Source of the DNA: a virus
Lineage: Duplodnaviria > Caudoviricetes
Virus record (IMG/VR): IMGVR_UViG_3300011008_000016
Location: 96,001-160,000 of that record
DNA: 64,000 bases
Strand: one strand, 5' to 3'
Part shown: positions 1 through 9,122 of the stretch, one piece after another
Layout: every line of letters starts with the position of its first letter
Numbering within the stretch: the first letter of the stretch is position 1
Translations under genes and position numbers: made by a program
Notes under the pieces: generated by a model
What the model saw: the letters and a program-made list of their open reading frames with translations, nothing else
Database searches by the model: none
Told to the model about the DNA's origin: nothing

Positions 1-679
1 CTAAAAATCCACATATTACGCATTGAATTGGCTCATTAGATTTATACGTTGTAGATACAGTGATATCGAAATAATCACCAATGAATAAATCCTCAAATGT
101 ACCATCTGATATCATTTGACAAATTTGATTAATCGTATAAACATTCGTCAAGTCTTTTCCGCGATATATTGAATTATGTGCCCCCGCATTATTTGCAACT
201 GTAAACAGCGTTGCAGGGATATTATTCAGTTTATTTTCAGCAGTTGTAAGTCTTGTTCCATGATTTGTAATATTCCCTTCTGCTGTACTCATGCGCGTTG
301 TTAGATTTGAGATAGACGTTCCTTGTGAACTATTAATACTTTCAGTAGAACTCATCCTCGTTTTTAAATCTGAGACATCCGATTGTAACGTTGCTATATC
401 TTCAGAAGTATCTGGAACATCTAAATTTGCAACGGTAGTCTCCAAAGTTGTAAGGCGAGTCTTAACATTTTCATTATCCGCTTTAAAAGACTCAAATGAA
501 GTCAGTATATTATCGGGTACAAACTCTTCTAAGAATTCTGCTTCTGTTCCAGTGTATCCATTTCTCTTAGCAACTTCATACGAAGATTCCCCTTTATCAC
601 CACTAATCGCAGCGATTCCTTCGTATTTCCCAGTATCGGGATTCACTACTTTAAGCGTTTCTTTTCGAATAGCTAACAT
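1..679 (-). CDS. Tail-fibre/receptor-binding protein, paralog of 1316-2526 (runs off window edge)
   Basis: Manual translation from ATG at 679 (SD AAAGGAG): MLAIRKETLKVVNPDTGKYEGIAAISGDKGESSYEVAKRNGYTGTEAEFLEEFVP...NNAGAHNSIYRGKDL...DGTFEDLFIGDYF, colinear with the 2526 ORF. Missing from the ORF track because there is no stop in the window. Confidence 0.85.
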   Translation of the reverse strand, partial: MLAIRKETLKVVNPDTGKYEGIAAISGDKGESSYEVAKRNGYTGTEAEFLEEFVPDNILTSFESFKADNENVKTRLTTLETTVANLDVPDTSEDIATLQSDVSDLKTRMSSTESINSSQGTSISNLTTRMSTAEGNITNHGTRLTTAENKLNNIPATLFTVANNAGAHNSIYRGKDLTNVYTINQICQMISDGTFEDLFIGDYFDITVSTTYKSNEPIQCVICGFL

Positions 680-710
680 AGTTAATCTCCTTTCTTAAAT
701 TAACAAATAA

Positions 711-747
711 GAGAGTAACCGAGTATTTTTGTTACTCGGTTACTCTC
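711..747 (-). terminator. Inverted-repeat hairpin upstream of fibre paralog
   Basis: GAGAGTAACCGAGTA-loop-TACTCGGTTACTCTC; related hairpin at about 2556-2592. Confidence 0.6.
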
Positions 748-860
748 AAATTGCCTTATTTTATTCCGGTAAACCCCAATTTATACTCCTTAATTTTCAC
801 TAAAAAGTTTATTGAAATCTACCTTAAAAAGAAAGGAAACTACACTTTATTCGGGTAGAA

Positions 861-1097
861 TTAAGCTTCCGCTTCTGCCGCATCCAAAGCTTTAAGCTGG
901 TCCTGAAGTTCGTTAATCTCATCCCGAATTGCCTGCCGCTGTTCCATAATTGCGTTCAGATCATAAGGCATCGGTTTTCCCATTCTTTCATATTCAAGAC
1001 ACTTCGTTACTGCCCAATCACCAACACGGGAAGCAGTAGAGCCAAGGTCCACCGTCAAATCAACAATTCTCTGATTGATCCTCTGACGTTCATCCAT
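861..1097 (-). CDS. Small coiled-coil phage protein downstream of fibre gene (possible fibre chaperone)
   Basis: ORF track 861..1112; start moved to ATG 1097 after SD GGAGG; GDWAVTKCLEY...PYDL...RQAIRDEINELQ. Confidence 0.7.
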   Translation of the reverse strand: MDERQRINQRIVDLTVDLGSTASRVGDWAVTKCLEYERMGKPMPYDLNAIMEQRQAIRDEINELQDQLKALDAAEAEA

Positions 1098-1240
1098 TTT
1101 TATTACCTCCATTAGATTTCGATTATAAATTCGACGGCGGGCTATTAACCATAGCCCGCCGTGGTTTCACAGATTATTCTTGATAACCTAATTTGCTTGG
1201 TTCATTGTTTCAATAACTCTTAATTTGTTGCTCGCAGAAT

Positions 1241-1309
1241 CGTTCACTCGCCCCACACGGGGGCGAGATTGAACGATACGGTCCCTTGTCCCTACGGGAC
1301 TGCGGGACC
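1241..1309 (-). promoter_or_regulatory. Two GC-rich hairpins immediately 3' of the DGR variable region (retrohoming cis elements)
   Basis: On the - strand: GGTCCC..GTCCC-GTA-GGGAC..GGGACC (1309-1280) and CGTTCA..CTCGCCCC-CGTGT-GGGGCGAG-TGAACG (1275-1241), starting 6 nt after the TGA at 1316. Confidence 0.7.
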
Positions 1310-1315
1310 TAGCGA

Positions 1316-1426
1316 TCAACCGATTAAGAAATACGGGCGCACACCGTACGAGTTGGACGCGTGGCTGTAACCGGAATGGCCATGGTAGTTGCAAACCGCA
1401 AAGGTCGTCGAGTGCGCAACGGCTCC
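1316..1426 (-). repeat. DGR variable region (VR) candidate
   Basis: Frame 1426->1316 reads GAVAHSTTFAVCNYHGHSGYSHASNSYGVRPYFLIG*, a C-type-lectin-type C-terminus. Putative variable codons are all NNY. The segment is GC-richer than the rest of the gene. Confidence 0.75.
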
Positions 1427-2526
1427 AGATGAGCAATCTTAGCCGCCGGATTCAGACGGAACAGGTTGAACTGGGTGTTATTTGCTCCGATATCATAGAA
1501 CGAAGAACTCATAACGGTAGAACCATACAAATTCACTTCACTCATCAGACGAAGCTGTAAGCTAACCCATTCCCATCCACTCGCCGCTCCAGTTAAGCCA
1601 GCACCTGCCATAGAAGCACTGTTATTAGAAGCGTTCGAAATTAAACTCTTGTAAGAGAGCAGGTGACTACTTCCAATTACATTAGCAATCGCAGTTGCAT
1701 ATGCAGGAAGCGTTGTAGAATGCATGACTGTTGACTTATATCCACCGGTCACCACATCCGAAGTATTCATCTGAGCGGTTGTCTTGAAGCAGTCCGCAGG
1801 AACAATCGTTGCATGGTGCTTGGTCAACTCCGTATCACCGTTCCCAAGGAAGGTATCAAAGTCAGCCAATACGCACTTAACAACCTCACTACCTCCAATA
1901 GAGGAGTTAATCGTTATTGTGAAAAAGTCACCGATGAATAAATCATCGAAGCTCCCGTCGGCAATCTTAGCACAAATCTGGTCAACCGTATAGATATTGG
2001 CCAGATCCTTTCCTCTAAAGATAGAGTTATGTGCACCGGCATTGCTCTCCACAGACATTCCACCAGTCTGTCCAGATAAACCAGAGATGTTACTCTCAGC
2101 CGTAGTCATCCTTGACTGTAAGCTACTGATATCAGACGTATGGGTGCCAATAGTGGTACCCTGTGTAGAAACGGTACCCTGCAATGTAGAAACATTTCCC
2201 TGAACGGTGGACATGTTGCTCTTTAACGTAGATACGTCGGAGGTCAGAGAAGATACATCCGGAATATCCAGATTGTTTACCGTAGTCTCCAACGTACTAA
2301 CACGCGTTTTCGTGTTTTCAACATCAGCCTTAAACTCCTCAAAGGACAGTACCACATTCTCAGGTACGAATTCCTCTAAGAATTCAGCCTCTGTTCCAGT
2401 AAACCCAAGCCTCTGGGCGATTTCGTAGGAAGATTCTCCTCTGTCCCCAGTGATAGCAGCGATACCTTCGTATTTGCCACTATCGGGATTTACCACTTTA
2501 AGTGTTTCCTTACGAATAGGTAACAT
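1316..2526 (-). pseudogene. Tail fibre/receptor-binding DGR target gene, frameshifted at about 1426
   Basis: Heptad stalk followed by a CLec-type domain (DLFIGD...GGY..S.M...L.SE...YG). The track ORF ends out of frame; the natural GVRPYFLIG* end lies in another frame and the W-x-W-L motif expected before it is missing. Confidence 0.7.
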
Positions 2527-2664
2527 AATTAATCTCCTTTCGATAAATTATTGATGAAGGCAACCGAGCAAAGATATTACCCGGTTACCCTCATTTTTGA
2601 AACTATAAAAGTTTCCATTTTTGGTGTCCAAGTAACCTTTACGACTTACGTGGTTAAGAACCCT

Positions 2665-4050
2665 TTAAAAATCGTCGTCAACGTCACCGTCACCATCAAC
2701 TGTAGGAACAGAAGAAGGTGTGATAGTTTCTGACTCAGACGAATTTGTCAATGCTTCCAGCTTTGCATCTATATAATCCGTCAGACCGAAGTCTGTCTTG
2801 TAGATGACCACTGGTGTCTTCGCCAAGAAGTAGTACTTCGAGTACGTATAGATTTCTTCATTGTCCTCGATATCTTCCCAATAAATGGTAATCTTGTACT
2901 TCTCCTCGTCCTTAGGGATAAAAACAAACGGCTCCCTATAGACATCCTGCTTCTTGTATGTATCATCAACTGCGTTGAAGACACTAAACTTGATAGCAAT
3001 TCCTTCCGGAATGTAGATGAGCCGCTTCCTATTCTCGATGAATTCATCCGTACAAATTGCATTCCGCCTCTCAGTCCTGTTCCCAATACCATTAATGTAT
3101 CCACTCATGATAAATGGGATTTCAGTTAATTCATTCCCAGAAAGGCTGATTGCATACGGATTTGGTGTAGACCACAGCTTTAAGTCATTGGTCTTGATGA
3201 AGTCCTTAACATTCTCAATCGTAAGATGGTTAATGTCCGTAATGGCAATACGATATTTCTTTGTCGTATCAACACTGGCGATACCATCCGAATTAAGAAT
3301 ATGGGTTGCCGAACTGAAAGTATCATCAGCGTTATACGCCAAGATACCAATTGTCCTAAGACTGGAGCACGAATATTCCACCATATCATCCAAAGTGATA
3401 TAACCCTTTGAACGAACCATGTGGTTATGTGCATTAATCTCAAGACCATTGTAAACGTCAAGTCCGCCGTACTCCCACTCGCATTCTGCAAGGATATCCC
3501 TCAGATATCCGTTCTTGAAAGCGCTGCTATCGGTGAAGGAAACCATACCATTATTGGCATTCCGCATCTCCCTCTGGATTTTCTGGCTACTCCAAGTATC
3601 CTCGTTGCTTACTTCCAAATCTTTGATTTCAGGAATATATACCATTTCATCCCGTTCAGAAGTATCGATCCAAGCCTTTGCAAATGTAGGTGGCTCATTG
3701 TCGCCGACATAGATGTCCCTGTACTTTTTGATTTGTTCACGGACAGCTTCGCCAGCGCTTGAATAGGTCGTTGTACCATCTATTCCAATACGGATATCAG
3801 CAAGTTCTGCATCACCTGTCGTTGACCCGTCAGTTAAGGATACGATCTGGCTAATCCGGTTACGCTCAACCGCTAAATCAGAATTTACCTGATCAATAAG
3901 CGAAGCTAACGTTCCAGATATTGCTTTATTCTTTTCGGTTGCATCTAATGCGTAGAAACCGACTTTATCGATGTTGGAATCATTACGAATCCGATTACCG
4001 AGACGAATCTGTTCCGTAAGACGGTCCATTAATAGATCGTGTAATCGCAT
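2665..4050 (-). CDS. Putative tail/fibre structural protein
   Basis: N-terminal [15 protein letters not shown]...AGEAVREQI segment typical of phage tail proteins; late-type promoter at 4080-4091. Confidence 0.6.
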   Translation of the reverse strand: MRLHDLLMDRLTEQIRLGNRIRNDSNIDKVGFYALDATEKNKAISGTLASLIDQVNSDLAVERNRISQIVSLTDGSTTGDAELADIRIGIDGTTTYSSAGEAVREQIKKYRDIYVGDNEPPTFAKAWIDTSERDEMVYIPEIKDLEVSNEDTWSSQKIQREMRNANNGMVSFTDSSAFKNGYLRDILAECEWEYGGLDVYNGLEINAHNHMVRSKGYITLDDMVEYSCSSLRTIGILAYNADDTFSSATHILNSDGIASVDTTKKYRIAITDINHLTIENVKDFIKTNDLKLWSTPNPYAISLSGNELTEIPFIMSGYINGIGNRTERRNAICTDEFIENRKRLIYIPEGIAIKFSVFNAVDDTYKKQDVYREPFVFIPKDEEKYKITIYWEDIEDNEEIYTYSKYYFLAKTPVVIYKTDFGLTDYIDAKLEALTNSSESETITPSSVPTVDGDGDVDDDF

Positions 4051-4079
4051 ACCTACTTATCTCCTTTCTAAAGTATTTT

Positions 4080-4091
4080 TATAGGTTTGTT
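4080..4091 (-). promoter_or_regulatory. Late-type promoter AACA-N6-TA
   Basis: AACA AACCTA TA upstream of 4050. Confidence 0.55.
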
Positions 4092-4101
4092 AAAGATAAA
4101 A

Positions 4102-4146
4102 AGCCAGTACGACGCAAACCGTACCTCTGATAAAGTCGTACTGGCT
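4102..4146 (-). terminator. Intrinsic terminator after endolysin
   Basis: AGCCAGTACGAC / GTCGTACTGGCT arms with a U-tract on the - strand. Confidence 0.65.
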
Positions 4147-4188
4147 CTTGTCTTTATTGATTTGTTTCGTCTTACACTTTCATATCCA

Positions 4189-4998
4189 TCAAATCATTTT
4201 AGAAAGCGTAGCAGGTCCAACAATACCATCTGCTTTCAGACCATTCTTCTCCTGATAAGCAATGACTGCACTTCTGGTTCCTGCTCCAAAGAGTCCATCT
4301 TCCGGAACACCAACCTTCATCTGTACGAATCGTACTGTTTCTCCCTTAGAGCCAACTACGTAACGACCTGATACCTTATTGAAGGTAGCATTCAGAGAAA
4401 TCTTGTTCATGACAGCTTTGGTCTTCGGACCAAACTTACCATCTTCAACAAGAGAACCTAACTTATCAGCATTAATCGCCTTCTGGAATAACAGACAAGA
4501 GTTGGAAGCAATCGCCGCACAACTTGTCTTGAATCCAGTATCAATCTGAGCAGAACCATCTGCTGCTGTAAGGAACAGAGCCTGTTCTTTTGCACGCCTT
4601 GTCACCAGACCTGCAAGTGTATTTCCTCCAGCCTTGCAGTATTTCGGAATAGAAGCTGCAATCTGGTCAAGAGTCCTATTTGCACAAAGAGTCTTCAGAT
4701 TTCCCTGACCGCAATTAAATGCAAAAGATACCAATGCATCAAACTGATTCTGATTCAGAGAATCCGTTACCGGAACATAGACTCTGTTATTTACATAACC
4801 TTCAAATTTCTGAAGGTCTTGCTTAAGTAGATTTTCTGCCTGTGCCTGAGTAATTGTCATACCAGCCTTAACATCAGCACCTGTATGACCATAACCAATC
4901 GTGAGCACACCCGCAGAGCATTTGTAAGTTGTCAAACGGCATCCTTCACATGACATGATAAGGTTGACACCGTTCTGACTTGTTTTACGATTTGCCAT
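4189..4998 (-). CDS. Endolysin: GH24 lysozyme with C-terminal peptidoglycan-binding domains
   Basis: EGCRLTTYKCSAGVLTIGYGHT, NQNQFDALVSFAFNCG, LAGLVTRRAKE; C-terminal DG.FG..T and DGIVGPAT repeats. Confidence 0.92.
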   Translation of the reverse strand: MANRKTSQNGVNLIMSCEGCRLTTYKCSAGVLTIGYGHTGADVKAGMTITQAQAENLLKQDLQKFEGYVNNRVYVPVTDSLNQNQFDALVSFAFNCGQGNLKTLCANRTLDQIAASIPKYCKAGGNTLAGLVTRRAKEQALFLTAADGSAQIDTGFKTSCAAIASNSCLLFQKAINADKLGSLVEDGKFGPKTKAVMNKISLNATFNKVSGRYVVGSKGETVRFVQMKVGVPEDGLFGAGTRSAVIAYQEKNGLKADGIVGPATLSKMI

Positions 4999-5024
4999 TT
5001 CTATTACCTCCTTATATTATTTAG

Positions 5025-5498
5025 TTATGAACCTGATTCCTCTTCTGCCGTAGGATTCAATACCTTACCCTGTTCTGTAAGCAACTTCGTGATGTCGTTA
5101 ATACGATCAATCAAGATGTCAACTGTATTTTCCAGAGCTGTAATCCTATCCAGAGCCAAGAATGAAGTCCATGAACCAACTGTAGTTGTTCCGTTATCGA
5201 CAACAACGATGGAGTGCCATTCCGATGATAATCCGGAACTATTAACGCCCTTAATAACAATAAGAGCGTTTGAAGCAGAGTAGATTATAACTTGCTTTAC
5301 GCCCCAAGCCAAATCCGTTGGAGCATTTGTTGTTGATGAACTTACTAACTGCGGACGATTTACAGAACTCAACGGGTTCGATAAATCAATCCCCTTTGCA
5401 TCAGATGCTACACCATTCGATGAAGCTGCCTGTATGGTTTGGGCATTAAGTCTGTCGTCTTCCTTAATGCCATCCTTGGTAAGTATAGCCCTTCCCAT
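5025..5498 (-). CDS. Hypothetical virion/fibre-associated protein
   Basis: 157 aa ORF with SD; C-terminal coiled coil resembling that of 6688-7143 (IDR.N). Confidence 0.6.
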   Translation of the reverse strand: MGRAILTKDGIKEDDRLNAQTIQAASSNGVASDAKGIDLSNPLSSVNRPQLVSSSTTNAPTDLAWGVKQVIIYSASNALIVIKGVNSSGLSSEWHSIVVVDNGTTTVGSWTSFLALDRITALENTVDILIDRINDITKLLTEQGKVLNPTAEEESGS

Positions 5499-5601
5499 AA
5501 AGATTTTTCTCCTTTCCTTTATATTTACTTAAATGAGAAGAGGAAGTCTTTTTCAAACTCCCTCTTCCATTTAGTTTTTAACCTGAAAGCGTTTATTCCT
5601 C

Positions 5602-6669
5602 TTAAATGCAGAAAGTGGGAAGGAGCCGATACTCACTGGTAGAATCTCCACTGTTGATGTCTCCGTCTGCCTCAATAAATGCATACTGAGTTCCATTTGC
5701 TTTCGCAGGAGAACGGGTCCAATGGTTGTCGTAACCAGTGACCATATCGCTCTGTTTCTTCTTACGGTTGACAGGATTCTTGTAGTACTCGTACTGATCA
5801 CCTTCGTTGACTACACCGACTGTTACGTCGTTACCCACGTATTCAGATTCAGACAGGAAGAATACCTTATCCGAAACAACAAGCAAATCACTGGACTTAT
5901 TACCAGCACTACAGGTCTTATCAACAGCCTTAATCAGAGCCTGAAGCTGAGGATTCAAAGCATCGAAGAATCCATTATTGCACCAAGCCCTACGTTTACA
6001 ATCTCTCCAGCCGCCAACATTTGTAATACGCGTATGCATAACACCAGCACTACCAATACCATTGGACAACTGAATAGTAACAGCAGCCTTTCCACCGCCA
6101 GTGAGATAATCATGATTGAATCCGATAATGGTTGCCATCTGAGTCATCGCAGCATGGGACTCTAGAACGCCATTAACAGCCTCGATTGTATTATACGTAA
6201 TCGGTCTCTGATCGCCAACATTCCAGAACTCGGCAAGGTCAATAATTCCAGCATAATGACGCTTCAGCATAATACCGATTTCTTCCAGAGTAGCCTCCGC
6301 AAACGGTACAATACCGGTCAGGCTTCCATCTGCCTTCACATCCACATAGATTTTATTTGCAATCGGGTCAAAGGTTGTTTCAACCTGCTCCAGAAGAACT
6401 CCGTCTGCCGAATATCCGTATACAGTATACGTATTATTTCCATTATCAACAAGAACTTCACGAGCCCCATCTGTGTAATCCACAGAGATTTGGTTGGTCC
6501 CAACATTCCATGTCGCCCTCTTATCATCATACCGACCCATAAGCTTACTGTTCAGGAGAGCGGTCAGATAAGAAGGAGCGAAATTCTTGAGACTTCTGTC
6601 ATAAAGGTCAATAGCAATATCAGGGATGTCGCCATGTAACGGCTCATCCAAATACATTGTAACTGCCAT
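5602..6669 (-). CDS. DUF6273-like C-type-lectin-fold protein (possible receptor-binding protein)
   Basis: IIGFNHD, NVGGWRDCKRRAWCN, DKVFFLSESE, HWTRSP...LLPTFCI* motifs. Confidence 0.7.
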   Translation of the reverse strand: MAVTMYLDEPLHGDIPDIAIDLYDRSLKNFAPSYLTALLNSKLMGRYDDKRATWNVGTNQISVDYTDGAREVLVDNGNNTYTVYGYSADGVLLEQVETTFDPIANKIYVDVKADGSLTGIVPFAEATLEEIGIMLKRHYAGIIDLAEFWNVGDQRPITYNTIEAVNGVLESHAAMTQMATIIGFNHDYLTGGGKAAVTIQLSNGIGSAGVMHTRITNVGGWRDCKRRAWCNNGFFDALNPQLQALIKAVDKTCSAGNKSSDLLVVSDKVFFLSESEYVGNDVTVGVVNEGDQYEYYKNPVNRKKKQSDMVTGYDNHWTRSPAKANGTQYAFIEADGDINSGDSTSEYRLLPTFCI

Positions 6670-6687
6670 GTCATTTCTCTCCTTTCG

Positions 6688-7143
6688 TTATGATTTTGCA
6701 TTCAAAACTTCCGTGACACGATTTAGAGCATCGCTCAATTCATTAACACGGTCGATAATTGTATTTATGGTTTTTGTAATTCCAGCATAATCTAATTCTG
6801 CTGAAATGTTGTAAAGTTTCGAGCCTTGTGACTCATTTGTACCATACCCAAGTGCCTGAAGATCTTTTGCATCTTTATCGATGATAACCCATGCCACAGC
6901 GGGGTCATTTTTGTCATCATCTGGCAATGAGCAGTATGTGCTCCAAACACAAGCGTGTAGCTTAATACCATCGCCGTTAATACCACCGATATCGGTAGCT
7001 TTGGCATCGGTCAGTATCCAGACAACGTAAGGATTATGTCTATCGGCATATGATAACTTTCTATAATCGGCGACAGTAATTTTCTTGTGGCGTATACCAC
7101 TACCACCACCACCACCGTTCAAATATGCAAGTCCCATATCCAA
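6688..7143 (-). CDS. Hypothetical structural protein (Gly-rich N-terminus, two short repeats)
   Basis: GGGGGSG, repeated Y..L...D..NP.V.W; late-type promoter at 7194-7205. Confidence 0.65.
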   Translation of the reverse strand: MDMGLAYLNGGGGGSGIRHKKITVADYRKLSYADRHNPYVVWILTDAKATDIGGINGDGIKLHACVWSTYCSLPDDDKNDPAVAWVIIDKDAKDLQALGYGTNESQGSKLYNISAELDYAGITKTINTIIDRVNELSDALNRVTEVLNAKS

Positions 7144-7193
7144 CGGTCTCCTTTCTTAAAATTTTTGGTTTTAATTCGTAGATGCACTGAATT

Positions 7194-7205
7194 TATATTT
7201 ATGTT
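7194..7205 (-). promoter_or_regulatory. Late-type promoter AACA-N6-TA
   Basis: AACA TAAATA TA. Confidence 0.55.
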
Positions 7206-7266
7206 CCAGACCCTCAATGCTATTGCCTTTGTAGACATACAAAAAAGAAAACATATACAAAAAAAC

Positions 7267-7298
7267 AAGACAGTGGGAACCGAAGTTCCCACTGTCTT
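7267..7298 (-). terminator. Intrinsic terminator
   Basis: AAGACAGTGGGAAC-CGAA-GTTCCCACTGTCTT with a U-tract on the - strand. Confidence 0.8.
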
Positions 7299-7303
7299 TC
7301 CCA

Positions 7304-8533
7304 TTATTCATCCTCTGTAAGATTTGCATATTCTGCCGATATAAGAACGTACTCGAATAGGAATACTGCAACCATACTGAATTTGTCAATTAATGGATTG
7401 ATGGCTGGTACAAGTGATTGTATTTTTTTGACAATCGCACCACCCTCAAACATGTCAACATGCATTCCAATAAGTTCAAAATCGTGTATAAGTTTATGGA
7501 GTTTCGGCATATCTGTATCACCAACTATAAAGTTTTCTGAATCTGCAAATCCCTGCATCACATGATGAACCAAATTCTCACGAATAGATTCAATAAATGG
7601 ATATATTTCCATGTATCGAGTAATCAACTTATATGCAGCTTCTTCTCCATATGTCACATACGGTAGATAATTATACACGACATTTGAAAATTGAGATGTA
7701 TAAAGTTCATTCATGAATTTATTATCATGGAATTCATATTCCTTCTCAAACTTGAGCGTTGGCAACATAATATATCGCCCATTAGTCATAGCGTCTAAAT
7801 CTTGATATTCTTTAATATCATCAACTAAATATTCACTGTAGCCGTTATGCCAGAATTGTGTCCATGAAATTCCGGAGTAGATAATCTTCTTGAAATAAGT
7901 ATCTATAACGGTAATTTCACATCCTCGGGCAGAAGTAAATAATCTATGGAGAGTTGTCCACATTTCATCGAAATCAAGATGCTTGCTGATAAACGTTTCA
8001 GCTATATGCTTTTCGAAATCTTTATTCCCAGCAGACATAAAGGAGTAATAGGTTTCTGCATCATCCCGTGTTTTGTAAATCCCAAGGACATTGTCAATTT
8101 CAAATGAACCTGGCTCAGAATCATAAACCATATAAGCTTTGATGAATCTATTCCTGATAGGAATCTTTCTTATTCCAGAACCTTGACACTTCTTACAAGA
8201 CGAAATGCCGTCAGCATCTACAACAACTCCAGAACCTTCACAATCTGGACAAACTTCATGTTCAAAATTCATATTATAAATCTCGAATGCTTTTCCATCA
8301 TATATTTTTGAAAATCGAGAATTCATTTCCTTGATAACTTCGTCAGGGTAAGTTTCATGATCCCCTTTTGTATTCATTGTAACTGCATAGAATATTCGAT
8401 CCTTTAAATCTTCTCGGCTCGTAATATCATAGTTACACGTAGGTGGTTCCAGTCTACATCCCCGAGAATGTTTACATATCTCACACATTGGATAGTTACT
8501 ATCTATCCTTGCTTTCATTTTAGTTCGTTTCAT
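7304..8533 (-). CDS. Hypothetical protein with DnaJ-type zinc-finger motifs
   Basis: CPDCEGSG...CKKCQGSG (CxxCxGxG twice) plus an N-terminal Cys cluster; start set to the ATG after SD AAAGGAG. Confidence 0.7.
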   Translation of the reverse strand: MKRTKMKARIDSNYPMCEICKHSRGCRLEPPTCNYDITSREDLKDRIFYAVTMNTKGDHETYPDEVIKEMNSRFSKIYDGKAFEIYNMNFEHEVCPDCEGSGVVVDADGISSCKKCQGSGIRKIPIRNRFIKAYMVYDSEPGSFEIDNVLGIYKTRDDAETYYSFMSAGNKDFEKHIAETFISKHLDFDEMWTTLHRLFTSARGCEITVIDTYFKKIIYSGISWTQFWHNGYSEYLVDDIKEYQDLDAMTNGRYIMLPTLKFEKEYEFHDNKFMNELYTSQFSNVVYNYLPYVTYGEEAAYKLITRYMEIYPFIESIRENLVHHVMQGFADSENFIVGDTDMPKLHKLIHDFELIGMHVDMFEGGAIVKKIQSLVPAINPLIDKFSMVAVFLFEYVLISAEYANLTEDE

Positions 8534-8577
8534 TAATTGAGCTCCTTTCACTTAATTTTATCTTCCAAATAAATTAA

Positions 8578-8611
8578 TTAGTAGGAGCGACATTCATATC
8601 ACTCCTACTAA
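8578..8611 (-). terminator. Terminator closing the SLOG-PARG-MazG operon
   Basis: TTAGTAGGAG / CTCCTACTAA arms. Confidence 0.65.
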
Positions 8612-8621
8612 CGAACTTGTA

Positions 8622-9122
8622 CTACTCCTCGATGATTTCATCTACCGCTTTTGAAACGTCGTACTTTTCCGTATAAATACATTTCTCGTTTTTGAATATA
8701 TCTTCTAATGATAGGACTCTTCCGTCTTTACCATGGATTTCATTTAAGACTTTTTCAGTCACAATCTTATTCAACCTATTCTGCTTGACATAACAAGCCG
8801 CTTGGAAATCTCGGTAACTTATATTGAAAATAACTTTCATCATATCAATACATACTTGAACATCTGCCATTTCTTCTAACAGATTAATGGAGTCACCTTG
8901 ACCTCGGAGAATTTTTGTAAGTGATTTAATTAATTCACTACATTCTTCGATACAGATATGGATATCATTCTCTCCATTGGGCATTTCGGGCATATCTTCT
9001 GGTTTTGCAAGCATCATATGCAATTTATACGTATCCTCAAGTCCTTTTTTCTTAAAAGGTTTCACATACGTCTGAGAAGTAAGCACTTGTTTCAGTTCTT
9101 TGATGAAAGTTTCTCTGTCCAT
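8622..9122 (-). CDS. MazG-like nucleotide pyrophosphohydrolase
   Basis: CIEECSELIKSLTK...LLEEMADVQV pattern; ATG at 9122 overlaps the upstream stop (TAATG), SD GGAGG. Confidence 0.8.
   Translation of the reverse strand: MDRETFIKELKQVLTSQTYVKPFKKKGLEDTYKLHMMLAKPEDMPEMPNGENDIHICIEECSELIKSLTKILRGQGDSINLLEEMADVQVCIDMMKVIFNISYRDFQAACYVKQNRLNKIVTEKVLNEIHGKDGRVLSLEDIFKNEKCIYTEKYDVSKAVDEIIEE

Noticed and set aside
1188-1436. 82-aa ORF in the track
   Set aside because: Third-frame shadow across the VR and hairpins, with no SD
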